Below, piece after piece: positions 17,272 to 29,365 of a DNA stretch of 64,000 nt. The DNA is from Eukaryota sp. GEM-RC1 (Eukaryota). The stretch spans positions 1 through 64,000 of the forward strand of contig JAUFOQ010000002.1 of the NCBI GenBank assembly GCA_040285855.1, written 5' to 3'. The translations under genes were made by a program, and so were the position numbers. Under the pieces are notes generated by a model. That model was not told the origin of the DNA. It ran no database searches and saw only the letters and a list, made by a program, of their open reading frames with translations. Within the stretch, counting starts at the first letter, position 1; each line of letters starts with the position of its first letter.

Positions 17272-18479
17272 ATGAACCATATCCATCATTTATCAGAGGT
17301 CATCGGACCTCGAGGGTCATGTTCTCATGAGGAATCTCTTGCTAGTGCCTACATCCAGTCAGAGTTCACTAAGTGTGGTTATGAAGCTACTTCCATTGAT
17401 AAATTCCAGGCAGATACCACTTTTAGCTGGGCACAGTTAGTTCTCATTTTCTCTGCTATCGTTTGCTTTGCTTTGACATGTCCTTATCATGGCTGTTTCT
17501 ACCAGCCAATCATTGCAGCACCCATCTCCATCGTCACTCTGGTAATTTATCTTCTTCAAGTGGATACTCGATTTTCTATTTCTTCTATTCTTCCCAAGCA
17601 TCGTAGTCAAAATGTTCATGCACGAAAGCCATCGTCATCTGTTCTTAAGATTATGCTCATTGCCCATTACGATTCCAGCCGGTCTTCATTGAATTTTCAT
17701 CCAAAACTTGTTGGCGATTTTAGACGTTCTTTCATACTCCTTGTTTGTTCCATGTTTGCTTGTGCTTTCCTATGTGTAGCCCACTTAGTCGTTGATCGCC
17801 TTGTTTTGCCCTACTCAAGATTGTTGTTCTTTTGCAGTATTCCTAGTCTAATTGTTCTCAGTTTTGTGTGTTTTACTTTACTTCACCGTGAGTTTTGTTG
17901 TCAACTTGTTAAAGGAGCTAATGATAATGGAAGTGGTGTGTATCTGTTTATAGTACTAATTGTAGGGGTTGCTGTTCTATTAAATGTGGCCAAAAGTCTA
18001 GCAGGTTCCAATCTTCAGCATAATGTTGAATTTTTGGCAACAGGAGCTGAAGAGTCAGGTACATGTGGAATTTTGGAATATATTTCAAAAAACGACATTT
18101 CTAACACGCTGTTCATCAATTTAGATAATCTGGGAAAAGGAAATTTGTTTGTTACAACTTCTGAAGGTATTCTTAAAAAGTATAAGGTCAATGAAAACTT
18201 GTTGAAATCTGTTGAAGCTTTGATTAATGAGAATTACCCAAAATTGAAACTGCCCCGTACCATCTCTTAACTACTGATGCTACGCCTTTGCTGGCTAGGG
18301 GAGCTTTGGCATTGAGTGTAATGGCGAAAGATGATAAGGGAAACTTGCCTAATTGGCATTGGAAAAGTGATACGATTGAGAATGTGGACGAGGGCAACAT
18401 TGTCGAAGCAACTGAATTTGTGGAGAAATTAGTTTTGGTTCTAGATTCAGTACTTTCTTCTTTTATCTTGAAGAAATAG
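17272..18479 (+). CDS. Membrane-bound M28 family peptidase
   Basis: AHYDS, GANDNGSG|VA (30-nt in-frame intron 17936-17965), GAEE, INLDNLG, NWHW..D; TM segments; one A-run indel near 18240. Confidence 0.85.
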
Positions 18480-18900
18480 GATATTGTAAATTAGGTTATA
18501 TTGTGTCTACTTTGTAACACTATTCAACGCAACTACGGATAATGTCCAGTTTTTCTCAACCATTCTACTTCATGCAGAAGCAACCACCTCTACAGCAATT
18601 CCGTATGCAACTTCATGAGCTGGTCATTTCTGATAACAACCACTAGCTGCTCAGTGTATTCGTCTCTTTTACTTCTTTCCTATAAGCACAATTCGAGACA
18701 AGTGATGAGTCAATACTGTCGGACAGTTGAACTGCTTCATTCATGAATATTGACAGTCAGACGAAACAGTGACATGATGAATATATCTTTAAAATAGTTT
18801 GAAGGAGATAAACCAGGGCAATGAATAGATGAGATGTGCATTTTTCACAGATCTACAGTACATGTTCAGTGTTTTTCCATAGGGTAATTGCGGTGTACTA

Positions 18901-19490
18901 CATTGGTTTGTCTAATTAGTCTCAATAATTAGTCCCATCAGCAATTTAGTCTCAGTGAGACTAATTCTAAAATTGACCTTTAAATTTTGTTATCTATAAT
19001 CCAAATGAACTCTGTGTATAATTCTATTATTTTTTGTTTTTCCTATGCCCTAGCTTTGAGGACTACTCTCATGTCTCTTCATAACCAAAAGCTTTCAGTG
19101 TCTGTTTCCGTTTAAGCACGCCTCCTTCGACCTCACAACCCTGCTGTTAGTATTTCCGACGAAGATGATTGGGAATCTGATGGTATTACGGACTAGGTAA
19201 GCTGTAGTTAGACGTGGACTCTGTTTGAACCATATAACATCACTCAAATGTAAATTGTTTTTGAAGAACATAATGGAAAATATTCGGAGTGTTTTTATCG
19301 GAATAATATTATCAATGATCAATAGTTTTTCGCAGTGAATAGTAATAAGCAATGGTAAAGTAGTCTTGAAACTAGTCTCACCTTTTGAATTTGGTCTCAT
19401 CAGATAAAAAAGTCAGAGTGTAATTCTAAAATTGAACATGAAAACTTCCCTGCAAATTAGTCTCAGTGAGACTAATTAGACAAACCAGTG
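18901..19490. mobile_element. pogo-type MITE
   Basis: TIR CAYTGGTTTGTCTAATTAGTCTCA, TA TSD. Confidence 0.85.
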
Positions 19491-19504
19491 TACTAATACT
19501 AGTA

Positions 19505-21977
19505 CACTCTTCACAGCAATTAGTCTGAAATCATAATTAGTCTGAATCACTTGTTAGTCTGAATTAGTTAAAAAAACGGGGTTTATGATCAGTCAGTGAA
19601 ATTAATGCATTTGCAGAAGTTAATAACTAACAGACACTAACTAAAGTATCTAAACTATGATCCTTCTGTCCATCACCGAACAACTTACCTAAAATTGAAT
19701 TAAAATATCTGTGCATTGAACGAAACAACGCAAACGTTAACTTACTCAACCAAAAATTTTCATTGAAAGCTTTACCATACTCAGAACACAATTTACCAAA
19801 GGAAGTTAAAAAAGCTTGTGCAGCTGGTCCAATATTACCGTATATCGACATCGCAAAGGGTTGAAACACAAAAGAATTGTACCTGTCAACATTCAATTGG
19901 TTAATTAAGAGACAGTACTTTGTATTTTTTCCTTTTTCAGCCACTTCAAGAGCAGAAAAATCATCATCAAAAATTTTGGAAATTGATCTTGAATTACAAG
20001 GATCAACAGTCGTGAAATCCATAATAATTTCCTGACAAGATAACCAAGGACCAATCAAATCACCACGACTTCTATCAACTTTTGGCTGATCAGAAAGATT
20101 AGCAAGTAAAGGTTCAATTTTTCCATGAAAACCATTAGCCTTAAACATATCCAAACATGTATCCCGGATACTGTTGTGAATAATTGATCTAAAATGAATA
20201 AATTGATGGCAGTTAACTAAATGATGAAAATTTGAAGCCTTTGAACGACCACAAAGACATGGAGAATGCTTCAAAAGACCTGAAGGCCATAAACCTAACC
20301 TAAGTCTCATGTTAATAAGCCATTCATGATCCTTAAGATTAAAACAAAATTTTCTTGGCAAACGAGAAACAAATGAAGACGCAGCGCTTGAAGAAATATC
20401 ATTCAAAAATGCACAAAAAGCGGGACTCTTAGTCTTAGCCAAGCTAATACGGTTTTTAAAGTCCAAGCTTTCGTGAAACAAAACAAACTTCTTCTGTAAC
20501 TTGCGAACACACAAAGGCAAAGAGAAAATGCTTCTCTGCTGAATTTCTGTTACCCCAACAGGAAATAACTCTGACCACAAATTGGAGTCAAGGCTTTCAA
20601 TTAAATTTTGAAGACTAATTAACCATGTACAAGGTGAGTGAAGTAAAAAATCTTTCGTTTTCCATAACACAGGATAACGATTCTGAAATTCAAACAAAAA
20701 ATTCTTTAAAGACCCCAAAAAGGCACCATCACGCATGTACTTAGCTTTCGTGAAACCAATACCACCAAAAGAAGTAGAAGTGAAACAATGAGAAGGAAGT
20801 GAAGAGTCTTTGTTACCAACCAGATAACTAACAAAATTTGTACGCAATGAATTAAAATTACGAGATAATTCGAGAGTTAGTTCAGGCGGTAAACCACGTA
20901 AAAAGTGATTAATTTTACCACCAAAACAAACTTGCAGCATAGCAAAAGAAACTTGTTTGCCTACATCTAGATCAACGATTTGGTTAAGCTGCTGAAAGAT
21001 ACAATTATTCTTATGTGTTAAAGTCTCCTTAATTTTGTCATCATTACCAATATAATTGCCCAAAAACTTGACACATTCATCTGAATAATTGACAAACGGA
21101 ATGGAAGATTCCCCAAAATTGAAATCAACCGAAGAACGTCCAATGACAAGACATTTTTGAAAATTAATTGACAAACCAATACTTGAAGACAATTCAACAA
21201 AACGAGGAAAACTCGATTTGATGACTTCCAAAGGAGCCAACCAAAGAGGTATCATCAGCATACGAGTTCAACCTTAATCCTGGGAATTCGCTTGAAAATT
21301 TGCGAAGAATTCTTTGCAATGGCAAACAGAAAAGAAAAGGGCCCAAAGGATCACCTTGTTTCACACCACGAGTGGATGAAATTGTATGTTCGTGAAAAAT
21401 TAAAGAAGATGAATGACCATACATAATTTCAAAATAGGACAGTAATTCAGGAAAATGATCTAACAGTTCCAAGTGAATCTGTGACCGATAAACACAATTG
21501 AACGCATTTTTGTAATCAACGTTCAATACATAATTTTCTGCATTTGAATTTAAAAAGATGTCAGTCATCAAACTAGCACTAGAATTAGTTTATTATTGTT
21601 TGACTACTTTAGGAGTGTCCAAATATTTTTGAGTAAAATGGTATTAAACAGATCATTTCTTTCATTGATTTTCTACACACTGTTTGAATTGACGTATACG
21701 AACCTTGTCCCACACTGTTCACACTTGCTTGAAGGACAATTCGGTTACTACTCAATTTTGAAGAGACAATCTGATAGCAAACCAGTCCTGTTTCTGGATA
21801 TCTTCGGTCTAAAACCACCATTGACGGTGCAAACAACGATCGTGGTGTTCAATGTAACATTTGTGAAGACATAACAACAATTTATGACCAAGGAATTCCC
21901 TTTGTTTGACATATTTGTTCAGACTAAATATGATTATTCACAATTACTCTGATTCAGAGTAATTGTTGTGAAGAGTG
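19505..21977. mobile_element. pogo-type MITE hosting a retroelement
   Basis: TIR CACTCTTCACARCAATTASTCTGA, TA TSD. Confidence 0.8.
19570..21581 (-). mobile_element. 5'-truncated RLE-type (CRE-clade-like) non-LTR retrotransposon, family B (RT + CCHC + RLE)
   Basis: DYKNAFN, GVKQGDPLGPFLF, YADD, CLCG..HHLVNC, RGDL..DFT, KNTKY; 9-bp TSD GAATTAGTT; one frameshift near 21230. Confidence 0.9.
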
Positions 21978-22055
21978 TAGACATTGTACTGCACGTTGTA
22001 GTTAGTGCATGAAGTCAAATTTTTCAAGGCTTTTTTCTACCATCTCCACTTGAAA

Positions 22056-22672
22056 ATGAAAGTGCTTCTTCTTTTACTGTTCATAAGTGTGATACTAGCC
22101 ACTGAACCTATCAATACTGCTAATCCTACTGCATCTGGTCTAGTTAAACATGCTAAAATGGCACTCAATCAACATTGGGGTTATGTATGGGGAACGTTTG
22201 TTTTCTTGTGTCTGTGACCCTAGTTTTGGACGTTTTTTAACAGAGGCCGAACTTCGTGCAAAGATCCGTCAATATCCGTCTCAAGTGGGTCGTTATGAAA
22301 CATTTATTCGTCAACATTATCTGAACAAAGTCCGTACATGTGACTGTGTTGGTTTAATCAAATCCTACTTATGGTGGCAAAATGGTGAACCTCATTATAA
22401 GCCTGCTACTGATAAGACCGCTGATATGTTCTATAGTGCTGCTAAAGTTAAGGGTTCTATCAGTACAATTCCTGAACAGCCTGGTATGATTCTTTTCGTT
22501 ACTAATTCTAGGGGTCGCTGTCTGGCACAAAGGACATATTGGTGTATACATTGGTAACAATCGTGTTATTGAAGCTAAGGGAACTATGTACGGAGTTGTT
22601 CAAACACCTTTGCGTGGTAAAGGAGCTAATAGCTGGACCCATTGGCTAAAGGTCAACGAAATTCGTTATTAA
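22056..22672 (+). CDS. Secreted NlpC/P60-like peptidoglycan endopeptidase (bacterial/phage type)
   Basis: Signal peptide; WGYVWGT|FG, DCVGLIK (Cys), GHIGVYIG (His), VIEAKG; introns 22196-22223 and 22484-22511. Confidence 0.85.
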
Positions 22673-22758
22673 ATTACATGTTGTACATGTAGTTTGATTT
22701 TTATTTATTGTCCTTGCATTGTAGTTGTTTAATTTCTGATATAAATCAGTTATACATA

Positions 22759-24475
22759 TCGTCGAGGTCCTAATACAATCAAGGTCCTAATACAAGCATA
22801 GTAGAGGGTGTGCTTGTATTGTTTCACAAAATAAACTCACAGATTTCTTTTAAAAAATACTGATCTCCATATATATAAAACCGCAGAGATTCATATTGGA
22901 ATTATTTATATATTTCATTTACTACATGTAGTTACAAAAGCCCTTAGCCATTATAATTTGTAAAAAGACTAGAACATCTGATGGACAAGTCTGTAACGCA
23001 AGAATTGCTGTACTTCTAGGAAACAATGATACAGTGAAGTTTCTCAATTTTTACGATAATTATATTTGTTCTATAGACACTAGCTATAGGGAAGCGTTTG
23101 ATATAAAAGTTGTCGATAATTTACGAGATTAACGAAAACCTTGATTGACCAAGAAATTGTAGACGTGTCACATGTTGATTTTTATTTTGGTTCGATTGAT
23201 CTACCTGTCTGTTAGGATTGATCAGCATACTTTAAAGATAACTGATTGACGTTATTAAGTATCCATTTCAATGTTAGCGATCTTGTTATGATTAATATTG
23301 AGAAAATTACAGAAATGCCCAGATTTGAGACACACACTTACAAAATTGCCCAGATTCACCTCCCCTACATTACTACCTTAGATCATCCAACTGTGGTTTA
23401 CCAATGACACTGAGCTGTAGAGCTGCATGATCTGAATAAACTCCTTCTACAATGACGTCTTGATTGTTACTATTGCTGATTGTATAGAGATGAAGTATGT
23501 TAAATCTCAGCCTAAACGATTCCTTGCTGCTTGTAAGTCCATTGACTGCTCTTTCAAGGTTACAACAACATAGAATATACATTGAGAAGTTACATGTACA
23601 ATTCCTGATCCTGTATACTCAATAGATGCATTGGATCCTTGGTTATTCATTCCATAGAGCCTGGAGCGTGGAACTGCTCCTCCACGTACTTACACGAAGC
23701 AGAACAACTGATGTCCACTCTCCCCATGTAAACCAGTTCGCTGCCCAATCTTGCTACGGTGTTATTACTCTAATTGCTCTTATCTGGCAACTCAGCTCTG
23801 TTACATGACTCTAACTGTGGACTTGGGAAAGTCCTCGATCAATACTGCGTACTGAAACTACATGTGGAATGCTGCTTACTACTTCTATAAAAAAGAACGG
23901 GTTTATGATTCAATACAGTGATCTACAATAAATGGTAATGGTTACATCTCATGGTATCTCCGACAGTACCTAAGAATAAAGGATTACGAAAAGAGATGAT
24001 GGTCATCGGAAGCAGAGCTAGAAGAATCGTCTAAATAAAGAAAATAAGAATCGATTGAGTGACAACGGCAGAGACACAACGACTTTGAGGTAAAACGCAA
24101 AAGAACGTTCACCAGGAAGAGAATTAAAGACTCAGACAGAAGTGGCTGATGCATCAGGAAATCTGAATGGTGGTGATGACAGTGTTTCAAATGACGAAGG
24201 TCAACTAACTCTCTGAAAGAGAAGATATACGTTTAGATGAGAGAGAATGTAGGGAGAAGTAGAAGAAATGAGTTATATGTTTTATATAGAGAATGAATCT
24301 GGGCAATTTTGTAAGATGAAGGAAGAAATCTGGGCAATTTTGTAATCGTCCCGATTAATATTTGATTATACAAAGGGAGATTTAAAGGACCCTAATACAA
24401 GCAGGTTCCAATACAAGCATACTAAATGGTATGCCTGTATAGTATTTAAGGTTGCTTGTATTGGGACCCCGACGC
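22759..24475. mobile_element. TA-flanked Tc1/mariner-like non-autonomous element
   Basis: TIR CGTCGRGGTCCYAATACAA, subterminal AATACAAGCA repeats. Confidence 0.7.
23300..24352. mobile_element. Mutator-like (MULE) non-autonomous element
   Basis: About 55-bp imperfect TIRs with a doubled TTACAAAATTGCCCAGATT motif; perfect 10-bp TSD GATTAATATT. Confidence 0.8.
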
Positions 24476-24484
24476 TAATTACAG

Positions 24485-25052
24485 CAGTGAACGCTAACAC
24501 GCAGGCTTGTGAAAAACGTAAACGTTGTCGAAAAATAAAAAACAACGTTTTTTACGTTTTTTATCGTTTTTTCGAAATTAATAAAAACGTTCAAAAAGCG
24601 CAGTTCAGCATTTTCAACTTTTCAATTATTTTTCACTTCATTTTCATCAACCAAATGTTTCATAGTTCGATCATTACAGCTATATTCTTTTGAGTTTAAA
24701 AAGAGAACACCATGGTGATGAAGTACAGTGCGCATCTAACGATGATCATGTGGACAAGATGAGAAGATAACAAGGTATGTGTAACAAGAACACTGTTCGA
24801 GTCTACTTGTAGGTAGTTTCACTCAGATACAGAAACAAAGAGCATCTTCCTGTACCAGTATTATTGTCAGCAACAAATACTTTTGTCTTGTTTCAGTCTT
24901 ATTTGGTCAGAAACAACACACATGAAATAACTCCTGTCAACTTACGACAAAATTGGAGTAGACACTCGTGATTTGTGTGTCAATCCAAAATATAACAAAC
25001 GTTGTCAATAATAAAAAACGTCGTTTTTTTCAAAATACGTTTTAAACGTTTT
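24485..25052. mobile_element. Truncated hAT MITE related to 5897..6246
   Basis: Starts CAGTGAACGCTAACACG; AAACGTT-rich repeats; no right TIR found. Confidence 0.5.
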
Positions 25053-26111
25053 TTATCGCATCAAAGACACCTTTACCAAGACTTTTGAAAGACTTGTGGG
25101 AAATTTCGAAGTTCGAAATTCGAACACTGAAGTACGGTACATGTATTTCGTATTTGTTTTTATACATTTACGTTCCGTTATCGTAGAGGTCTTCAATACC
25201 AGCAAGGTATTACAAAATATTAACTGTTGATGTACGTAAACATGTTTCCTTTGCAATGATCATGAAAACAATATTGTTTTTCCATTATTGCAATCAGTAC
25301 TGCTTCAATATTTATTTCCGCCTATTTATTGTTACACCTGTTAATTATTGTTGTATGAGATACTGACAATAAACTTTGAGTTGTTCTTTTTGTTGTTCTG
25401 CTTCACCATTTCGACTTCCTAAACCAGTTATGATGTTTTGCGTGTTTAAATACAGTGAGCGTTGTTTTATCGGTAATCATATCTAGTTGAAGTATTGTCA
25501 TTTGAGCTCAGTTCGAATGTTTACTGAAGTACAATGTAAATTCTTGCATCTGAAGTGATTCTCTCTGAAGCCCAGTCTTGAAATGCAAAAAATGATGAAA
25601 GATACCAGTGATTTTTGCGATGAAGCTACTGTACGACATATGACAATAACAAACAAATTCCAAGATGTAGCCAATTGCATTGAGATTATTTTGGATACTT
25701 CTGATGATGATGGACAATAGATTATGTGCTTTTTTGTGATAAATACATTATATGATTCATATTGTGGCAATACTGAAATATTGCAATATTGGTTGAAGAA
25801 TTGCAATAAATAGTTTGTGGCTAAAGTACGATAATATTTATTGCAATATTGTTTTCACACCCATGGCTACAGGTCTGTTTTGCCAAGAAAAATAATCATT
25901 TTTAGGTTCTTTGGATCATTCCCTTTCTGAAACTCTTACGAAAAAGTTTATCTTGGCTGAAATTGATGAGACTAAGATTCCATACCACACTGTTTTTTCT
26001 GCTTAGTTCAATGGTTGTGCCTTTCAACCTTCACTGTCTATACTTGCAAGTGGAAAAGGTGACAAATAATTTATAATGCAATATTTAAATAAAACTATAG
26101 CTCTCGATAAA

Positions 26112-27515
26112 TCAATTTTCGAGCTCTTCCAGACTATCAGAGTAACAACAAACAAACGCCTCAGTGGCAAAGAAAGTTGGCAATCCCAAATCCTTTAAAA
26201 TCAGTGCCGTTTCTTTATTACGATCTCTAGCTCTCTGCCAGAACTCCCGAGGATCATTCCCTGGAAACATTGCACGATCTTTTGAGATTGATGAGCAAAA
26301 ATAGACTCGATTTTTAGATCCAAATCACCCTTAGAAAGAGCAACAAATACATCAGCCACCTCGATACTCCACTCTTCCCATGCTCCTCTATACAACCATA
26401 ATAGAGGTCGTTTGACAGAAGCCTTTGAGTGAAGTTTAGGCAGTGGTTTAGCTCCAAAGCGGAAGTCATGACGTTGAATTCCCTTGATTTCAGACTCAAA
26501 GAGACTCTTCTTAGACTTCTTCTTCCTAAATGGAGTAGGAGGACAGCCTACATCATCATCAATATCAAGAGAGTCGTGTTCACGATCATCATGAGGAGGA
26601 GGTGACGAAGCAAAGATCTTGTCCAACTCAGTGTGAGAGACATGATTAAACTCCATTATACTTTCATATCGTTGGATACCACGAATTGCAGCACGATAGC
26701 ACAGCTCATGAGTTCCATGAGGGTCAGTCATATCACCAGCAATAAAAATATGATTGGGTTTTAGTTCCATCAAAAGATCAAAAACAATGTCAACATCATC
26801 TTCAGTTACTGGACTCTTTTGAACTTTTCCTGTTTTGTAGAAGGGAAGATCCAAGAAATGACAGTTTGATCGAGGAACCCCAAGAACATCAACAGCACTC
26901 ATGGCTTCAGCTGAACGAATATTAGCCTTAAGAGCAGACCAAATAGTGGGACACTGACGGCAGTTTGGATCATCTGGCCGAATGCTTTTGAGATCTTCCT
27001 CAACTTCTGCAAGGGATTTGTTGTCTTGAAAAACATGAGACAAAGACTCGACAAACATCAAGTACCGATCAACTTCTCTGTTAAAGACAGCGATGGATCC
27101 ATTTGTTTGATAAGCGACTACAGTCAGTAAGAGAAGACAAAGATACCATGAACATTGTTCTTGTTTTGAACAAGTTTAGAGATTGTTGCACCAGCACAGA
27201 TGACATCATCATCAGGATGACTAGAATGAGGAGAGAGACGTCATACGGTGAGAAAATCAATACATTGGAGTTCTTGGGGAGCCACGAGTAAGAAAAGTTG
27301 CGACGTAGAAGATCAGTCAGTACGTTGCTTGTGAGAAGATCAAAACTTTGGTAATGTTGCAAGAGAGAACCGAGATTATTTGCTTGAAAATCTCCAGGAA
27401 CAAGATGAGTGATAGGACAGTTCAACTTTTGTGACAGTCTGATAACAGCCTTCTTTGCAAGAAAGTCTGTCCATTGAGAATAATGGAACGTTTCAAGATC
27501 CCAGAATTCTGTCAT
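26112..27515 (-). CDS. LmbE/PIG-L deacetylase-like protein (C-terminal half of long-form glucosamine-6-phosphate deaminase)
   Basis: FSP|HPDDDVI, AYQTNGSIAV, FLDLPFYKTG, DPHGTH, WLYRGAW, HQSQ(K)DRAMFPGNDPREFWQRA; introns 27221-27246 and 27118-27146. Confidence 0.85.
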
Positions 27516-28549
27516 GAAAGTAAGTTTTAGCTCAGTTGTTGTCGGTTCAAAATTCGGTTTTGCTGTACCTGTTGACTTAGATTAATATCAATACCCATTC
27601 TCTTACACAAACATACATCTTAAACAATGATTTCTATCTAGTCTACGGTTCTGAACAAGACCTGAGCTTGTGATCTTCATTTCCACACTTTCCTCATGAG
27701 CTCAAACACTTTTCATCGTGTCATTCTTTCTTGCAGTTACCACACTTAGGTCTTCCGGATTATCAGTTTCATTTACAATTTCATTCTTGGATTTTCGACT
27801 ATCTGAAGTGAACTGCCTGGAAACGTATGTCTCACTTGGTGATAATCAAGTGAGACTTGATCTTCCTGTTTAGCACAACGTTGTTCATGTTAGAAACTTC
27901 AAACAATGTCCCACGTATCCTTCATTCTCTCCTCCTGATTCTAGGAACGAATCGACTACTCATAGTTCTGATAGATTGATGGGGTTTGAACTTTTACGAT
28001 TGTAAAACACAACCATTTCTGTTTCAATGAAAGTTTATTGTTCTCATTGCACTACTACAGATAAGATGTGACTGTAAATCTCCAATTGTTCAAGAACAGT
28101 ATCGTTTGTTGGTGCCTCAATACAGTGCAATTCCAGTACTCAAAAACAATCTCTAGAGATGGTCTTCCAATAATTCAAAAGTTTGAGCATCCATATGATT
28201 AGCTGGAGCTGTATAATCGATTTCATCAACATCTAAAGACATGATATTAATCTAAGTGAAAGGGACAGTACATTTGTACAAGTCACATTTTAATAAAATG
28301 TGACTTGTACATATGTACATATGTGTGTACACATCATATACAAAATGATTTTATGGTACAGGATAAGTCTGTCTGCGTTTTAATCAACACAATCTAGAAT
28401 CTTTGTCTAGGTCTTTAGGTGTATTGGCATTGATTCTTGAAAACCAGGTATGTCATGTTGTCAGAAAGTTTGACAGACAGACATGGCTACAGCTACAGTG
28501 GAAATCCTCTACTGCTACTCTTTCACCTTTGATGTCGGCTCTTGCATCA

Positions 28550-28900
28550 AATAAAGGCAGTCCTCTCAAACCAGTTTCTACATCAGATAGTCAGAAAGCA
28601 AATGGTGTCTTGTTTGATCTGGCTTCTGATCCGGTCAAATCACATCTGAACTGCTCGTCATCGTCTTCTCATTGTATCCACTCCTCTCAAATCTTTGTTG
28701 CTCAAATATTTGCAATGTTTCCCCGAAATTGATGTTTCTTTTGCATTGACTGATGATGATCATTAGGGTCTTGAAGTATGTGTCCACGGTTTTCTTCAAG
28801 TTATTATTAGCATGAAAACAATTTCTCAGGATTAGATTTATTTTCCTGGCTGAATACACATAATCGTTTCTTCTTTTGTCTCTCAACTATAGGGATGGGT
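28550..28900 (-). pseudogene. Possible degenerate hAT transposase fragment
   Basis: INLILRNCF...QCKRN and an SDVET..LYLM-like segment, broken by stops and shifts. Confidence 0.3.
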
Positions 28901-29365
28901 TGGATCCTGTGGTTCAAGTAAGGTCTGTGATTTATTTTAGACAGTCATTTCACCAGTACATTGTTTACATAATTTGGGTATATTTTTTATATGCCGTGTT
29001 AAGTATTGTAATCTCAATTCGAGGTGCGATGTTCATACTATACTGAAAAACATTGATTGATGATCTAACAGTCATTTAGTTTAGTAACAAAACATTCAAT
29101 TGTGACCAGTGTAGTACTTTGACATCGGTGTTCAGTGCAACTAGATCAAGTAAAAGGATTGTTGATGCAACATTTGATTATTACAAACTTTAAAAAGAAA
29201 ACTTACAATCAGATTGGAATCAATGGCACACACATTAAGAATATAAAGTAATGGGAAAAAGTAGACGAAAATTACACATTTTATAGTTACAAGAGAACAG
29301 ACCTCAGGATCCAATCCAAAAGGAATATTTTAATATTTTAGAATCCGTAACCAAAATTCACAGGG

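Noticed and set aside
19570..21581. Telomere-maintaining or telomere-targeted retrotransposon
   Set aside because: No copy is inserted in or flanked by telomeric repeats in this window
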